From Bdellovibrionales bacterium (GTDB taxonomy: Bacteria; Bdellovibrionota; Bdellovibrionia; Bdellovibrionales; UBA1609): a DNA stretch of 64,000 nt. The stretch spans positions 1,824,001 to 1,888,000 of the forward strand of contig OZ241329.1 in assembly GCA_965199825.1 (NCBI GenBank), written 5' to 3'. Shown here in pieces: positions 1 through 10,800 of this stretch (positions within the stretch are counted from its first letter, which is position 1; every line of letters begins with the position of its first letter). Position numbers and translations under genes: made by a program. Under the pieces are notes generated by a model. The model ran no database searches. It worked only from the letters and a program-made list of their open reading frames with translations, and had not been told where the DNA came from.

Positions 1-1057
1 CGTTTTGGGCAAATTCAAAACACTCTTCGGGATTTGCAGGAATCAATACCAAATGCTCAGTGTCACCGTGAGAAAGATTGGCTGCCGAAAGAACATCACC
101 TTGCATGGTGCGAGTGGGTAAACCTGTGCTCGGCCCCACACGTTGCACATCCCAGATCACCGCCGGAATTTCGGCATAGTAGCTTAATCCTGCAGCCTCC
201 GCCATTAGCGATAAGCCCGGGCCAGAGGTCGCAGTCATCGCGCGGGCACCCGCCCATCCTGCACCGATCACCATACTGATCGAGGCGAGTTCATCTTCGG
301 CCTGAAGGACCGCGTAGGATCCTTTGCGATACACCTTGGCAAGCTCCTCAAAGGACTCAATCACCGAGCTTGAAGGAGTGATGGGGTACCACGCAACAAC
401 CGTGCATCCGCCCATGATCGATCCAAGACCTGCAGCCATATTGCCGTCGATCAGTATATTTTGTTTATTTTGATCGGGCTGAGACTCAACCCGAAATGGA
501 CAGGTCAAAGTTTTCGCAAACTCCACACCTTTTAAGTAAGCCTGCTCGTTTGCCGCAATCGTTTTTTGTTTAAAGGATTCGGCAATCAAAGGTAAAACAC
601 CCTCGATCTTTAAAATTTCGCTCAACACTCCGACATAAATTAAATTATATAAAAGTTTTTTAAGCTTAGGAGATTCCGAAATATCGCCGCACAAATCGCG
701 AAATGGAATGGCCACACATTGAACATCATTTCTTAAAGCTTCGGGTGAAATTTTAAATTCACTATTGTAAAAGTAAAAGCCGTTGGGTTTTACCGCCTTG
801 ATATCTTGGGCAAGAGTGGACTCATTTAAACTCACAACCAAATCAAATGGAGTTTTTCTGGCGCAAAAACCTTTTTTATTTACTCTAATATTGAACCAGG
901 TGGGAAGACCCGCAATATTCGACGGAAAAAGATTTTGTCCAGAAACCGCAAGTCCCATACGAAAAAGAGCTTTGACCAAAAGGGCGTTTGCCGACTGGCT
1001 GCCGCTTCCGTTAATGGTCGAAATTTGTAAGGTAAAATCATTGATAGATTGTGACAC
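1..1057 (-). CDS. korA: 2-oxoacid:acceptor (ferredoxin) oxidoreductase subunit alpha, partial (runs off left edge)
   Basis: Not in ORF track. Manual translation from GTG at 1057 gives MSQSINDFTLQISTINGSGSQSAN...FPSNIAGLPTWF; later WYPITPSSS, TATSGPGLSLMAE, DVQRVGPSTGLPTRT..QGD, SHGD motifs. Confidence 0.92.
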   Translation of the reverse strand, partial: MSQSINDFTLQISTINGSGSQSANALLVKALFRMGLAVSGQNLFPSNIAGLPTWFNIRVNKKGFCARKTPFDLVVSLNESTLAQDIKAVKPNGFYFYNSEFKISPEALRNDVQCVAIPFRDLCGDISESPKLKKLLYNLIYVGVLSEILKIEGVLPLIAESFKQKTIAANEQAYLKGVEFAKTLTCPFRVESQPDQNKQNILIDGNMAAGLGSIMGGCTVVAWYPITPSSSVIESFEELAKVYRKGSYAVLQAEDELASISMVIGAGWAGARAMTATSGPGLSLMAEAAGLSYYAEIPAVIWDVQRVGPSTGLPTRTMQGDVLSAANLSHGDTEHLVLIPANPEECFEFAQN

Positions 1058-1098
1058 GTCGATCAGATTTTTAGCACAAAACCAAACCGATGTTTATC

Positions 1099-1884
1099 TC
1101 AAGTTTCGTTTTCTTCTTCCTGATCTGATGGCGCCATTTGGACTTCATCGGCGGGTTCGGTTGTGTCTGCCGCGTAAGCGTTTGGATTGATGGTTAAAAC
1201 CCAATCTTTGTAGTGGGTGTAAATCTCTTCAATACCGGCTGGGGGATGCACTGGGCCCACATGAAGCACCAACTCACCCGGAAGCGGAATCAAGCGTCCC
1301 TTTGGCCAGAGTTCATTATTGCCCTCAAGATATAAAAATAAAATGGGGGTGTTGGTGCTCTCGGCAAAACGCGATACCCCTCGTTTAAATGTTTGGATCC
1401 GGCCATCTTTGGACCGAGTTCCTTCGGGAAAGAGTATCATCCAACAGCGATCCAAATTTTCGAGGAGCGAAATGCAAAGTTTAATCGCCTCGCCCCCCTT
1501 ATCTTTGCGATCAATCGGAATCGCACCCAAACAATGCTTTGAGAAAAAAGTGAAAATGGGATTTCGAAACCAGTAATCCTTGGCCGCCGAAATATAAAGA
1601 TCAAGCCAGTAGCGAAATGGAATCCCGGCCGCAATTGAGACCGCGTCTAAGTGACTCGCGTGATTGGAAATCAATAACAGACGGGGATGCTCGGCGTAGA
1701 GTTTATCAAAGTCGCCATTGACCCGCAGTTTGACATAAAACCGAAAGGCAATTTTTAAAAAAGCCGCCCACAATAATCGAAAGAGCCAACTGGTAAAATC
1801 AAAGTTTCTGGTAAATAGCGGAAGATGCCGAATATGCGGTCGAAGTTTTCGCCACTGGTCGTTGTCGTAGTTCCAATCCGCCAT
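1099..1884 (-). CDS. lysophospholipid (1-acyl-sn-glycerol-3-phosphate) acyltransferase family protein
   Basis: NHASHLD and FPEGTRS PlsC motifs. Confidence 0.9.
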   Translation of the reverse strand: MADWNYDNDQWRKLRPHIRHLPLFTRNFDFTSWLFRLLWAAFLKIAFRFYVKLRVNGDFDKLYAEHPRLLLISNHASHLDAVSIAAGIPFRYWLDLYISAAKDYWFRNPIFTFFSKHCLGAIPIDRKDKGGEAIKLCISLLENLDRCWMILFPEGTRSKDGRIQTFKRGVSRFAESTNTPILFLYLEGNNELWPKGRLIPLPGELVLHVGPVHPPAGIEEIYTHYKDWVLTINPNAYAADTTEPADEVQMAPSDQEEENET

Positions 1885-1886
1885 CT

Positions 1887-2819
1887 TTAAATTCTTTCGA
1901 TCAACCAGATAAAGACATAATAATACATGGGCCCCACAAATGTGAGTTTGTCCACACGATGAAGAATGTCACCTCGTCCTAAAATAAAAAGCCCGGTGTT
2001 TTTTAAGCCAAGATCTCTACGAAGCACTGACAAAAATAAATCACCAAATCGCCCAAAGACCGCAGCGATCAGTCCGGCCGCAATCCAATATTGTTCAGAG
2101 CGATCGGGCAAAAGGTGTCGCATTGCGAACGCTGCAGCCAACGTGACAATGATGGCGATGATCATTCCTTCAAGCGTAAAGCGAGATGAGATTTTGCTAA
2201 ACGGTCTTAAGCGACCAACTAACCGCGAGGCCGCGATGCTTGTGTTATCTGCAACTTCGGTTAACAGATAAAGATACATCACAACGAATGCGCCCTTTTC
2301 CATTTTGAGCAAAGCCCCAAGATGCATAAATGACCAACCAAACAAACAAAAAGCCATCAGCGAGAGCGCCATATACTGAATCATATGGGTGGCCGAGTTG
2401 CGAATCAGAGGAATCAAAACTAGCATTGCCAAAAAAATCATGGGTGTAACATTATAAAGATCCCAATAGCCGCGATAAAGAACCACACCTAAAAAAATAA
2501 TAAAAAAGTAGGTGAGGATCACAAACCATGAACGATGGTACATTCCGGTCATCTGAAAAAATGTTTTTGAGCTTAAGATCGCAACCAAAGTTAAAAAGGC
2601 GAGCGTCCATGGATAGGGCAGACCAAGCATCAGGATCAGAATAGGTGCTGCAAAAAACCAGCTTTTGAGTGAACTCCAGGCGGCAACAAGATGTGGATTT
2701 TTTTTTCTAAAAAAGAACAGAACAAGACCAAGTGTGGCAATCACGCCAAGGATGATGGCGGCTGTTTGTTGATAAAGTGGGTCACTGTACAAAGCTGCAA
2801 TCACGTAAAACCTTTCCAA
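1887..2819 (-). CDS. phosphatidate cytidylyltransferase family membrane protein
   Basis: Multi-TM; ISSRFTLEG and GDLFLSVLRRDLGLKNTG..GRGDILHRVD resemble the CdsA SPxKTxEG / GDLxESxxKR..KDxG..GHGGxLDRxD motifs. Confidence 0.88.
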   Translation of the reverse strand: MERFYVIAALYSDPLYQQTAAIILGVIATLGLVLFFFRKKNPHLVAAWSSLKSWFFAAPILILMLGLPYPWTLAFLTLVAILSSKTFFQMTGMYHRSWFVILTYFFIIFLGVVLYRGYWDLYNVTPMIFLAMLVLIPLIRNSATHMIQYMALSLMAFCLFGWSFMHLGALLKMEKGAFVVMYLYLLTEVADNTSIAASRLVGRLRPFSKISSRFTLEGMIIAIIVTLAAAFAMRHLLPDRSEQYWIAAGLIAAVFGRFGDLFLSVLRRDLGLKNTGLFILGRGDILHRVDKLTFVGPMYYYVFIWLIERI

Positions 2820-4135
2820 GTAATTCGAAGATCTTTAATCTTCTTATAAAGGTTCGACCGCGACACTTTCAAGACGCGAGCCGCTTCGTCGACATTTCCA
2901 AATTGCTCCAGACATTTTTTTATCACACCCACTTCGTGTTGCGCCATCATCTCATCAAGACCTTGATCTAGGTTGTTGAGCGCATGGGTCTTAATTCTGT
3001 TTTGTGTGTTGAGCAAATAATGAACATCGCTGGCACGGATCAAGGGCAAAGGCGCTGAAAACTGTAAGTTCTCACAAGCTCTTTTTAACTCACGAACATT
3101 TCCGGGCCAGTCATAATTTTTTAAAACTTCAATCGCATCATTCGAAATCATCTTTGGACGTCTTGAATCCATTTTTAAAAAATGCTCGCACAGAATCGGG
3201 ATATCCTCTCGACGTTCACGTAAGGGTGAAAGGATTATTTTTTTACCATTAATGCGGTAAAGTAAATCTTCGCGGAATAATTTTTCTTCGACCATTGTCT
3301 CAAGGTTTTTATTTGTAGCCACAATGACTCGTGTGTCGACATGTTGAATTTGGCGGCTGCCCACTTTCCTGATCTCGCCGTTTTCTAAAAATCTTAAGAG
3401 CTTGGCTTGGTGATGAAGGGGGAGGGCTTCAATCTCGTCCAAAAACAAATCTCCATTGTGAGCGGCTTCGGCTAATCCAATTTTATTTTGGGTGGCTCCA
3501 GTAAATGCGCCGCGCACATGACCAAAAAATTCGCTTTCAAAAAGAGAGTCTGGGATTGAGGCCATGTTCACCGAAATAAATGGCCGATCTGATTTTTCTT
3601 TATGAAGCATTTTTGCAATGACATCTTTGCCCGTGCCGCTTTCGCCTTCGATCAATAAAGTTCCTGGCTCATTTTTTAATTCGGCAACGCGCCTGCGGAT
3701 TTGGTTAGAAAATTGCGACACGCCAATCCAGCGGGGTTGATTGGAATGGGTGCGCTTGAGTGACGATTGGATATACAAGTAGGATTCAATTTTTTCGAGA
3801 GTTAACCGCACTTCATCAAAATTAAGAGGTTTTGCAAGGTAGCGGGTTGCACCCACCGCCAAACACTTTTCCATTAAGGTGCGGTCAAGATCGCCTTAGA
3901 CCGCAATAATCTCAAGGTGAGGATCTGCAAGACGAAGTTTACGGATAATTTCTAAACCTTCAGCAATCTGCACTTGTCCAGTTAAATGAAGATCAACAAA
4001 TGCGGCATGAAGTTGAAGGGGAAGCGCAACATCGTCATCCTCAACGACCGAAAGTCGCCACTGCTCTGGGAGTTCGGCTTTTAAAAGTTGGGCGACTAAA
4101 GGATCATCATCGACTAATAAGAGGTGATATTGCAT
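2801..4135 (-). pseudogene. sigma54-dependent (NtrC-family) response regulator interrupted by an in-frame TAA at 3896-3898
   Basis: ORFs 3896..4162 and 2801..3874 are in the same frame: ...HLEIIAV*GDLDRTLMEKCL...RYLAKP. Receiver (LLVDDD, FVDL, KP), AAA+ (GESGTGK, ESEFFGHVRGAFTGA, LFLDEI, FREDLLYRI, WPGNVREL) and Fis-type HTH are all present. Confidence 0.85.
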
Positions 4136-4211
4136 GCCCACAAAATGCTGCAGTGAGAACAAAAACTCAAATTATTTGGAAAACTCATTCTTAGTGGATA
4201 AAATTTTTTGC

Positions 4212-5408
4212 ATGAAAGTTTTGTTGTTAGAGGGAATACATACCAGCGCAGAAAAACGCTTTCGTGAAGCGGGCTTTGAAGTTGAAACAAGTAAAGCCGC
4301 CATGAACGAAGGTGAACTCTTAAGTGCACTAAAAAACGTCGATGTGCTTGGCATTCGATCAAAAACCGAAATTACAAAAAACGTTTTCGAGGCTCACCCG
4401 CATCTGTGGGCGGTGGGAGCTTTTTGCATCGGGACCAACCAAATAGATCTTGTTTGCTCAAATAAACTCGGTATTCCGGTATTTAATGCTCCATACTCAA
4501 ACACGCGCAGTGTGGCCGAGATGGTTTTGGCCGAGCTCGTGATCCTCTCGCGACAGATGGGCGATCGCAATACGAGAGCTCATCTTGGCCAATGGCAAAA
4601 GTCAGCGGTCGGGGCAAAAGAAGTTCGTGGAAAAACTTTAGGGATTGTGGGGTATGGCCACATCGGCAGTCAGATTAGTGTTTTGGCCGAAGCTTTAGGT
4701 TTAAGAGTGATCTTTTTTGATATTGTGAAAAAACTCCCCATGGGGAATGCGCGACCTGTTGAAACCTTAAATGAGCTTTTGAACGAAAGCGATTTTGTGA
4801 CTTTACATGTGCCTGAGACTCCTCAAACCTCCAATTTGATGGGTGCCTTAGAACTGGGACAAATGAAAAAGGGTGGGTTTTTAATCAATGCGAGTCGGGG
4901 AACGGTAGTCGATCTTGAAGCCCTCGCAAAGCAACTTAAAAACAAACATATTGCGGGAGCAGCGATCGACGTTTTTCCACTCGAACCAAAAAGCAATGAC
5001 GATAAATTTGTTTCGCCTCTTCAAGGATTAGAGAATGTTTTTTTAACCCCCCATGTGGGAGGCAGCACCGAAGAGGCCCAAGAGGCCATTGGTCTCGAGG
5101 TCTCAGAAAGTATTTTGCGATTTTTTAAATCAGGAAGCACGGGGGGTGCGGTCAACTTTCCTCAGATCGAGGCCCTGCCCATCGAAAAAGGCCAACGTCT
5201 TATCAATGTTCATCATAATGTGCCGGGTGTGCTTCGCGAAATCAATTCGCTGGTATCAAACAGTGACGCCAACATTCGGGCGCAATATCTGAGCACCGAC
5301 AATGAAATTGGGTATTTGATTATGGATGTGGAAAATGCGCCGGCTCAAGGCTTAAGCGATCAGATCCGCAACTTAAAGACCTCAATCAAGACTCGGGTCT
5401 TAGTGTGA
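4212..5408 (+). CDS. serA: D-3-phosphoglycerate dehydrogenase (with ACT domain)
   Basis: LLLEGIH, GIRSKT, FCIGTNQ, NAPYSNTRSVAE, GYGHIG, TPHVGGSTEEAQ; likely ATG at 4212. Confidence 0.95.
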   Translation: MKVLLLEGIHTSAEKRFREAGFEVETSKAAMNEGELLSALKNVDVLGIRSKTEITKNVFEAHPHLWAVGAFCIGTNQIDLVCSNKLGIPVFNAPYSNTRSVAEMVLAELVILSRQMGDRNTRAHLGQWQKSAVGAKEVRGKTLGIVGYGHIGSQISVLAEALGLRVIFFDIVKKLPMGNARPVETLNELLNESDFVTLHVPETPQTSNLMGALELGQMKKGGFLINASRGTVVDLEALAKQLKNKHIAGAAIDVFPLEPKSNDDKFVSPLQGLENVFLTPHVGGSTEEAQEAIGLEVSESILRFFKSGSTGGAVNFPQIEALPIEKGQRLINVHHNVPGVLREINSLVSNSDANIRAQYLSTDNEIGYLIMDVENAPAQGLSDQIRNLKTSIKTRVLV

Positions 5409-5918
5409 GAATTCGCAGTAAGCACCGCGATCGTTCATCTCGCCGCAGTGGACTAAATTAAAGGTTCCCAATTCTTTTTGGGCCTCCACCATGGCTTGGG
5501 CAAAGGATTGAACCACTGGCCCTTGAACAAAACCGGATTCGCACTCAAACAAAAGATGTTGAGTCTTAACAGAGGCCAGACAATTCTGGTCGGTTGCTGA
5601 ACCCCAAGATGCGGTACTCGAAAGTTTGTTTTCTGCATAAACACATTTTAAGGAATCTTCCGACGTACAATTGATAAAGCTCAATTGAGGAAAATATTTT
5701 TGGGCAATGAGGTCATAAACCTTTTTTTGCCCAATCGGGTGGCGGAGTGGGTGGATCTTGAGGCGAAGATTGATTTCTCCAGTATCACAGCGAATATGGA
5801 CCTCAGGAACATAATGCGAGAGTTTGCAGAACCGTGCTGCCTGAGTAAACCCAAGATCTTGCTTTGGCCAATGGCCCGCAAAGGCGAGCCCCGAAAAAAT
5901 TAGCGTGAGAATAAACAT
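5400..5918 (-). CDS. secreted Cys-rich hypothetical protein, paralog of 5900..6499
   Basis: Signal peptide MFILTLIFSGLAFA; 8 Cys in two repeated modules. Confidence 0.7.
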   Translation of the reverse strand: MFILTLIFSGLAFAGHWPKQDLGFTQAARFCKLSHYVPEVHIRCDTGEINLRLKIHPLRHPIGQKKVYDLIAQKYFPQLSFINCTSEDSLKCVYAENKLSSTASWGSATDQNCLASVKTQHLLFECESGFVQGPVVQSFAQAMVEAQKELGTFNLVHCGEMNDRGAYCEFSH

Positions 5919-6499
5919 GATCCGCCAAAATAATAATCGCAGTGAATGACTTTGAATTCTTGCAACAGTGACCGCGCCCAATCGAAGGCGGCTTGTTCGT
6001 TCAAAATATTATCAGCGTCGGTCAAAGGATATTTGGCTAATCCGTTGTCACAATCAAAAACTAATGCCCGGCGTTTGGGATCAAACCAACTTTTTTCCAT
6101 TTTGACATAACACAAAGTTGCATCTTTGGCGTGAGCTGAAAGATCAAGTTGTGGCGCATTTCTCACGGCCGATTGTTGCATAAAAGTGCAATTGAAACGT
6201 TGGCCCCCACCGCCGCCACATAAGCGAACCGAGAGCTGGGGTGAAAGCAACTCTTGCGCCACCAAAATTCCGCGGTAGCCATTTGTGACCATGTCATTGC
6301 CTAGAAAATTATAAGTGATCGATCCGTTGTCGCAGTAAAACACCACGTGAGCTGGCGAGCCATGGGTATCGGGAGAGACATAGACCGCTTGGCAAAATGT
6401 AGACTGCTGGGTGAATTCTAAAATTTGAGTTCGACTTGTTGGCTTTTGAGCAAAGGCTGCGGGGGCTAATAACATTGCTAAAACAAAAAGTGATTTCAT
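5900..6499 (-). CDS. secreted Cys-rich hypothetical protein
   Basis: AGGAG RBS; signal peptide MKSLFVLAMLLAPAAFA; two CDNG-containing modules. Confidence 0.8.
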   Translation of the reverse strand: MKSLFVLAMLLAPAAFAQKPTSRTQILEFTQQSTFCQAVYVSPDTHGSPAHVVFYCDNGSITYNFLGNDMVTNGYRGILVAQELLSPQLSVRLCGGGGGQRFNCTFMQQSAVRNAPQLDLSAHAKDATLCYVKMEKSWFDPKRRALVFDCDNGLAKYPLTDADNILNEQAAFDWARSLLQEFKVIHCDYYFGGSCLFSR

Positions 6500-6593
6500 G
6501 TGCGCTCCTAAAAACCTATTGTTTACACCCGGCCATTTGCCAAGGGCAACCGCAACACTTCAGTCGTGCACTTAATTCAATTTTTAAGGTGCT

Positions 6594-6608
6594 GTCTCAA
6601 TTTGAGAT
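6594..6608. promoter_or_regulatory. 15-bp palindrome GTCTCAATTTGAGAT (putative transcription-factor site)
   Basis: Intergenic between divergent genes; near-identical copies at 19779 and 45293. Confidence 0.55.
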
Positions 6609-6707
6609 ACCTTCGCTCACTTCATTTGCCTGCAGCGTAATTTGTCACCCCTGTCATGTTTACTACGGCCTAAACGCCTCAGCACAACGTTTAAACCGTT
6701 TTAGCGT

Positions 6708-6723
6708 CGGTTTCGGCCTTGCA
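6708..6723 (+). promoter_or_regulatory. possible sigma54 -24/-12 promoter
   Basis: cGGtttcggccTTGCa, GG-N10-GC spacing, about 40 nt upstream of the 6765 operon; weak -24 match. Confidence 0.35.
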
Positions 6724-6764
6724 ATTCAGAGTGTTAAGGGAAGGATCATTTTATCAAAAACTCA

Positions 6765-7880
6765 TTGCTCCTTATCATTCTGTTTTTACCCTTTTATGCG
6801 TTGGCTCAAGGGCCTTCGGTAGAGCCTGCTGACATCCAGCCTGAGCTAAAAACGAGCTGGGCGATGAGCCTTTATGGTCGGGGTGTGAACGATAGTATCG
6901 AAAAGAGTTTTGTCTCTGGTGTGGCCGGTGTGGCAACCCTTAAGTATGAGCCCTTAACTTGGCTTGATACCAAAATCGCTCCCGGAGCGGTGATCGAAAC
7001 CGGAAGTGTCTCGGCACTTTATGATTCCAACCAACCCCGCAATACGGTTTTTTTGGATGAAGCCCTTGTGAATGTGAAGCCATTTAGTTTTTTTACTTTG
7101 TCCACTGGTGCGATCAATCAAAGATTTCTTCATAGTCCGCTGTTGATCGATGCACAGTCTTTTCCAGGTGCTCTTCAAAATTTTCATTACGAAGGCCCTT
7201 TGGGCAAATTCAATTTTATTCTTGAAGAAGCGGTGCCCTCTTCGGTCAGTTTCTCAACGCTCACAAGCGATAAAGAACCCCTACCACAATTGTTTACCCA
7301 AACACTTTCGTTTGAGGTTGTTCCAAATCGCGATGTGAAATTTATTGTACGCGGAACTCACTTTCAGTTTAGTGATTTGCCAGCTCAAGTTGCTTATCTT
7401 TCGAGTATCAACGGCAACAGCAGTGCGTGTATCAGTGGTGATGTGCCCCAAAGTAAACGGTTTTTGTGTCAGTTTGAAGGCTGGCAAACCGGAGTCGAAA
7501 TGGATGTTCATTTAGCCACGGGCGTGTGGGCAATGACCGGGGGCGAGTACATCGTGAACGAAGGTGCACCCTCTGGTGAGAATCAGGGATACATGGGTTT
7601 TGGCCAACTTCGATTTGCGATTGCTCCTCAATGGCGGATGTACACACGCGCCGAATATTTTTATGATCAGTCTGACACGTCTCCTGCATTTTACAACTCG
7701 CCGATTTATGGACACAGTAACCGCCAAGGTTACGGTGGAGAGTTGAGATTTGAAAATGCGCGCAGTGGATTTGATGTGCGCTTTCGATATGTGGATGCAA
7801 GATTGATCGAGACCAATCCAAATCAAGCCAACACCACTATCTTTTTACTAACACTGGGGTTTTTCAGTGCGACTCATTAA
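6765..7880 (+). CDS. putative outer-membrane beta-barrel/porin
   Basis: Signal peptide, alternating amphipathic strands, aromatic C-terminal strand (IFLLTLGFF). Confidence 0.7.
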   Translation: MLLIILFLPFYALAQGPSVEPADIQPELKTSWAMSLYGRGVNDSIEKSFVSGVAGVATLKYEPLTWLDTKIAPGAVIETGSVSALYDSNQPRNTVFLDEALVNVKPFSFFTLSTGAINQRFLHSPLLIDAQSFPGALQNFHYEGPLGKFNFILEEAVPSSVSFSTLTSDKEPLPQLFTQTLSFEVVPNRDVKFIVRGTHFQFSDLPAQVAYLSSINGNSSACISGDVPQSKRFLCQFEGWQTGVEMDVHLATGVWAMTGGEYIVNEGAPSGENQGYMGFGQLRFAIAPQWRMYTRAEYFYDQSDTSPAFYNSPIYGHSNRQGYGGELRFENARSGFDVRFRYVDARLIETNPNQANTTIFLLTLGFFSATH

Positions 7881-10800
7881 GCTTATTCCAATTTTATTTT
7901 TGGTCTCTTGTATTAAACCTGTGCAGCCAGGACATGGTGGCACGGCCAGTTACTACGTGGATAGCATTGTTAAAAAGGCTTCGACTCCTTCGCATAGAAT
8001 CGAAAACTGGGATATAACCGACGCCCAAATTTTTAAATTTAGTGTTTGTCTTAAAGACAATGTGAAACAGCGCGGGGTTTTGGTTCATCGTTTTAACATC
8101 ACCGGTCCTGATCATCCTGTGACCGATCCTTTAGTGCCAGTGACCGATCCTGGTGGATGTTTAAACTGGAGCGAGACCATCGCATTCGATCCCTTGGCTA
8201 AGCCTTGCTACATTACGATCGAACGCACACTTCATCCCGATGGAATTCAGCGCGGTGAAGTAACGGTGAAATTAGGAATTAATCCTTGGACTGGTGTGAC
8301 CGATTCCAACGAGGCTGTTGCCGATTTTAGCATCGCTAAAGACAAAGTGGCTCGCTTGTGCGAAGAAGACGTCACTCACGCTTTGCAAACAAAAACTTCG
8401 GTTAAAATGTTGATCGAAAATTTGGGCTATCAGTTTACCGATCGCCAAGATCTTTCGACCGAAGGACATGTTGAAGAACTTCGTCTTAATTTTAAAGTTT
8501 CTTTGAAGACCAAAGATATGAATGATGTCGAAAGCAATCCTTTGAGCCTCACCAAGGGATCGCTCTTAGTGACATCGACTTTTTACCGCATCGAAAATGG
8601 CAAACGCTTTAAACTCAACGAGACACCTCAGCCTGAGATTGCAGTAATCAACGATAAAGTTGCCACCGTCACATTCAAAAAAGTCAAAATGATCGAAGAG
8701 ATCAAACAGACTGGGCGCTATGAAGTGGTGCTCGAAGCAAAAGTCAATGAAGCCAGCCACCCTCCAAAAGGCATTGAGCAATTTGTGGGTGTGATGCTGG
8801 TAGGTGATGGCAGTAACGTTCGAGCGGGCAGTGCGACTATTGTGAATTCTCCAGAAGTTGCGCCTGAGCAATACAAAGCCTTGGCACAAACTTCGATCGC
8901 AAATGTGAATCAAGCCCCATTTAGAATCGGGGATGCCGCATCTATTCATTTTCAGCATATTAAAAACGAAGATAGTTTTAACCGACTCGTAGGATTGAAA
9001 TTAAGTCTTCCCATTATCTCGGCGTTTGATAGCTCATCGCTCCCAGACCGTTATTTTTTGATTTACTTGGTTCCTCGCGGAGCGAATCTTCAATCCATCA
9101 CCCCGGTAAAAAGAAAAACCAATAATTCAGGAATGCTGTATTGGCCCGATGCGGTTTTAAATTACGATATTTATAAATCGATGCATAAAATCGCCTACGA
9201 TATTGTAGTTGAGTATTTGCCTTCTGAAAATGCTGCAGCAGATTTAAAACATGCACGCCAAACATTGCCGATTTGTATCAACCCTTGGGACGAATTGTCT
9301 GGCGACTTTGCGGGCACCGCAGAATTTCAAGCCGATGCCACTTGTCGCGATGTAAAGGGAGCAACACCTTTTGTTTCTGATATTGCAAAAGTGCCCACAC
9401 TTTTTATTAATAGTGTTGGTTGGGAGCGCACAGATATTTCATATCGGGTCAATCAGACCTTAGGTTTATCCATTAAGCATGATTGGACAATGTCGTTAAA
9501 GGCTTCAATTAAACGCTATGATGGCGACGCTGGTCAAAATGGATCATCCGAAGCCTTGCGTCCAGGAATTTGGGCTTTAACAACAACCCTTTTTCACTAC
9601 GATAAATCCAATAAAAAAATCCAGGGAATCGCGGCTTCTTCGCAAAAATTAGTTCGCTATGAACAAGGTTTGTTTACTAGCCAAATTCGAATGAAGTTTA
9701 ATGAATCCAATATTCTCGATGCAATGACATTGCAAAAATATTTGGCGGTGCAAATCACCCAAGTAGATCCAACTTCACTTGAAACGATCAATGGTCAGGT
9801 CAATCTGAATTCTAAATCGTGGCGCCCCATGGACAGCGCTCATTCGGATTTAAAAAGCGAGCCTGTGATCGTCAACTTTGTGGGCGCTAAGGATACTAAA
9901 GATGTGGTCGGTGAGGCCAATGCCACCCCCCAAGTCAAAGCGCTTTACCAAGAGCTTAAAAATAAATCCTTGCTCGAGCGCCACCGCGAATTTGCAGTGG
10001 CAAAAGTAGAGCGACAAGTGCCAAGCGATACCGCTTGGATGAAAACGGCCGAAGATCTCAAGCTTAAAGGTGTTGCGATCACCAACGATGAAGATGCTCA
10101 AAAAGTTTCGCCCTTATTTAAAAGACGACCGATGACGCTTGCTCTTTTAAAACGGACGCTGAGCTGTCTTGATAAACAAGGTTGGGCGCCAAAAGATCAT
10201 ATGAATGTGTGTGCCACAGATCCTGAAGTGATGCACGCAATGCAAAATTTGTGTGGCGTATTTATGGATCCTAAACCTCCAGGAATCCTCAATATAAGTC
10301 CAATAAATAATTTGGATTTAAAATTTATGAATTGTGGTCAAAATCCGACTCAAGGTCTCCATGTTGAAGAAAAAACGGTTGTCTATAGTGTCAATTCCGA
10401 TCACAGCAAATTTGTTGGCGGATTTGCGACTTCGATGACCGTTTCAAATCTTTTTGGAAATGGCTCTTTTAATGGGTCGGACTATGGATCCTCAGATACC
10501 TCAAGTTTTAGCGCATCGCTTGCGACCAACGGTCTGACACCAGCAGGTGGAAATTTTGTAAACGGTGGAACTTATGGTGTGGGTCTGTTTGGTGTGACCG
10601 CAGGACGATCCCATGCATCCACTGTGGCTGATTTTCAACGGGAATATGCCGACAACCAAGCTTACGCCAACAACAACGTGACACTCAAAATAGAAAGTGC
10701 CGACTTAAATTTGGAGATCTTGCGCTATCGTGAGTGCTACGTTTTAAAATCAGAAACATCGCCTGACAAACAGGGTTTATTTATATGTTACCCCATTGAA

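Noticed and set aside
34..1190. ORF-track entries 34..279 and 783..1190
   Set aside because: Antisense shadows of korA; the same applies to most short ORFs nested in or opposite to the called genes
3896..3898. Programmed read-through or alternative genetic code
   Set aside because: TAA terminates many other genes in this window normally; a point mutation or sequence error is simpler
6436..6822. 128-aa plus-strand ORF
   Set aside because: Spans a divergent promoter region, overlaps both neighbours and has no protein-like features
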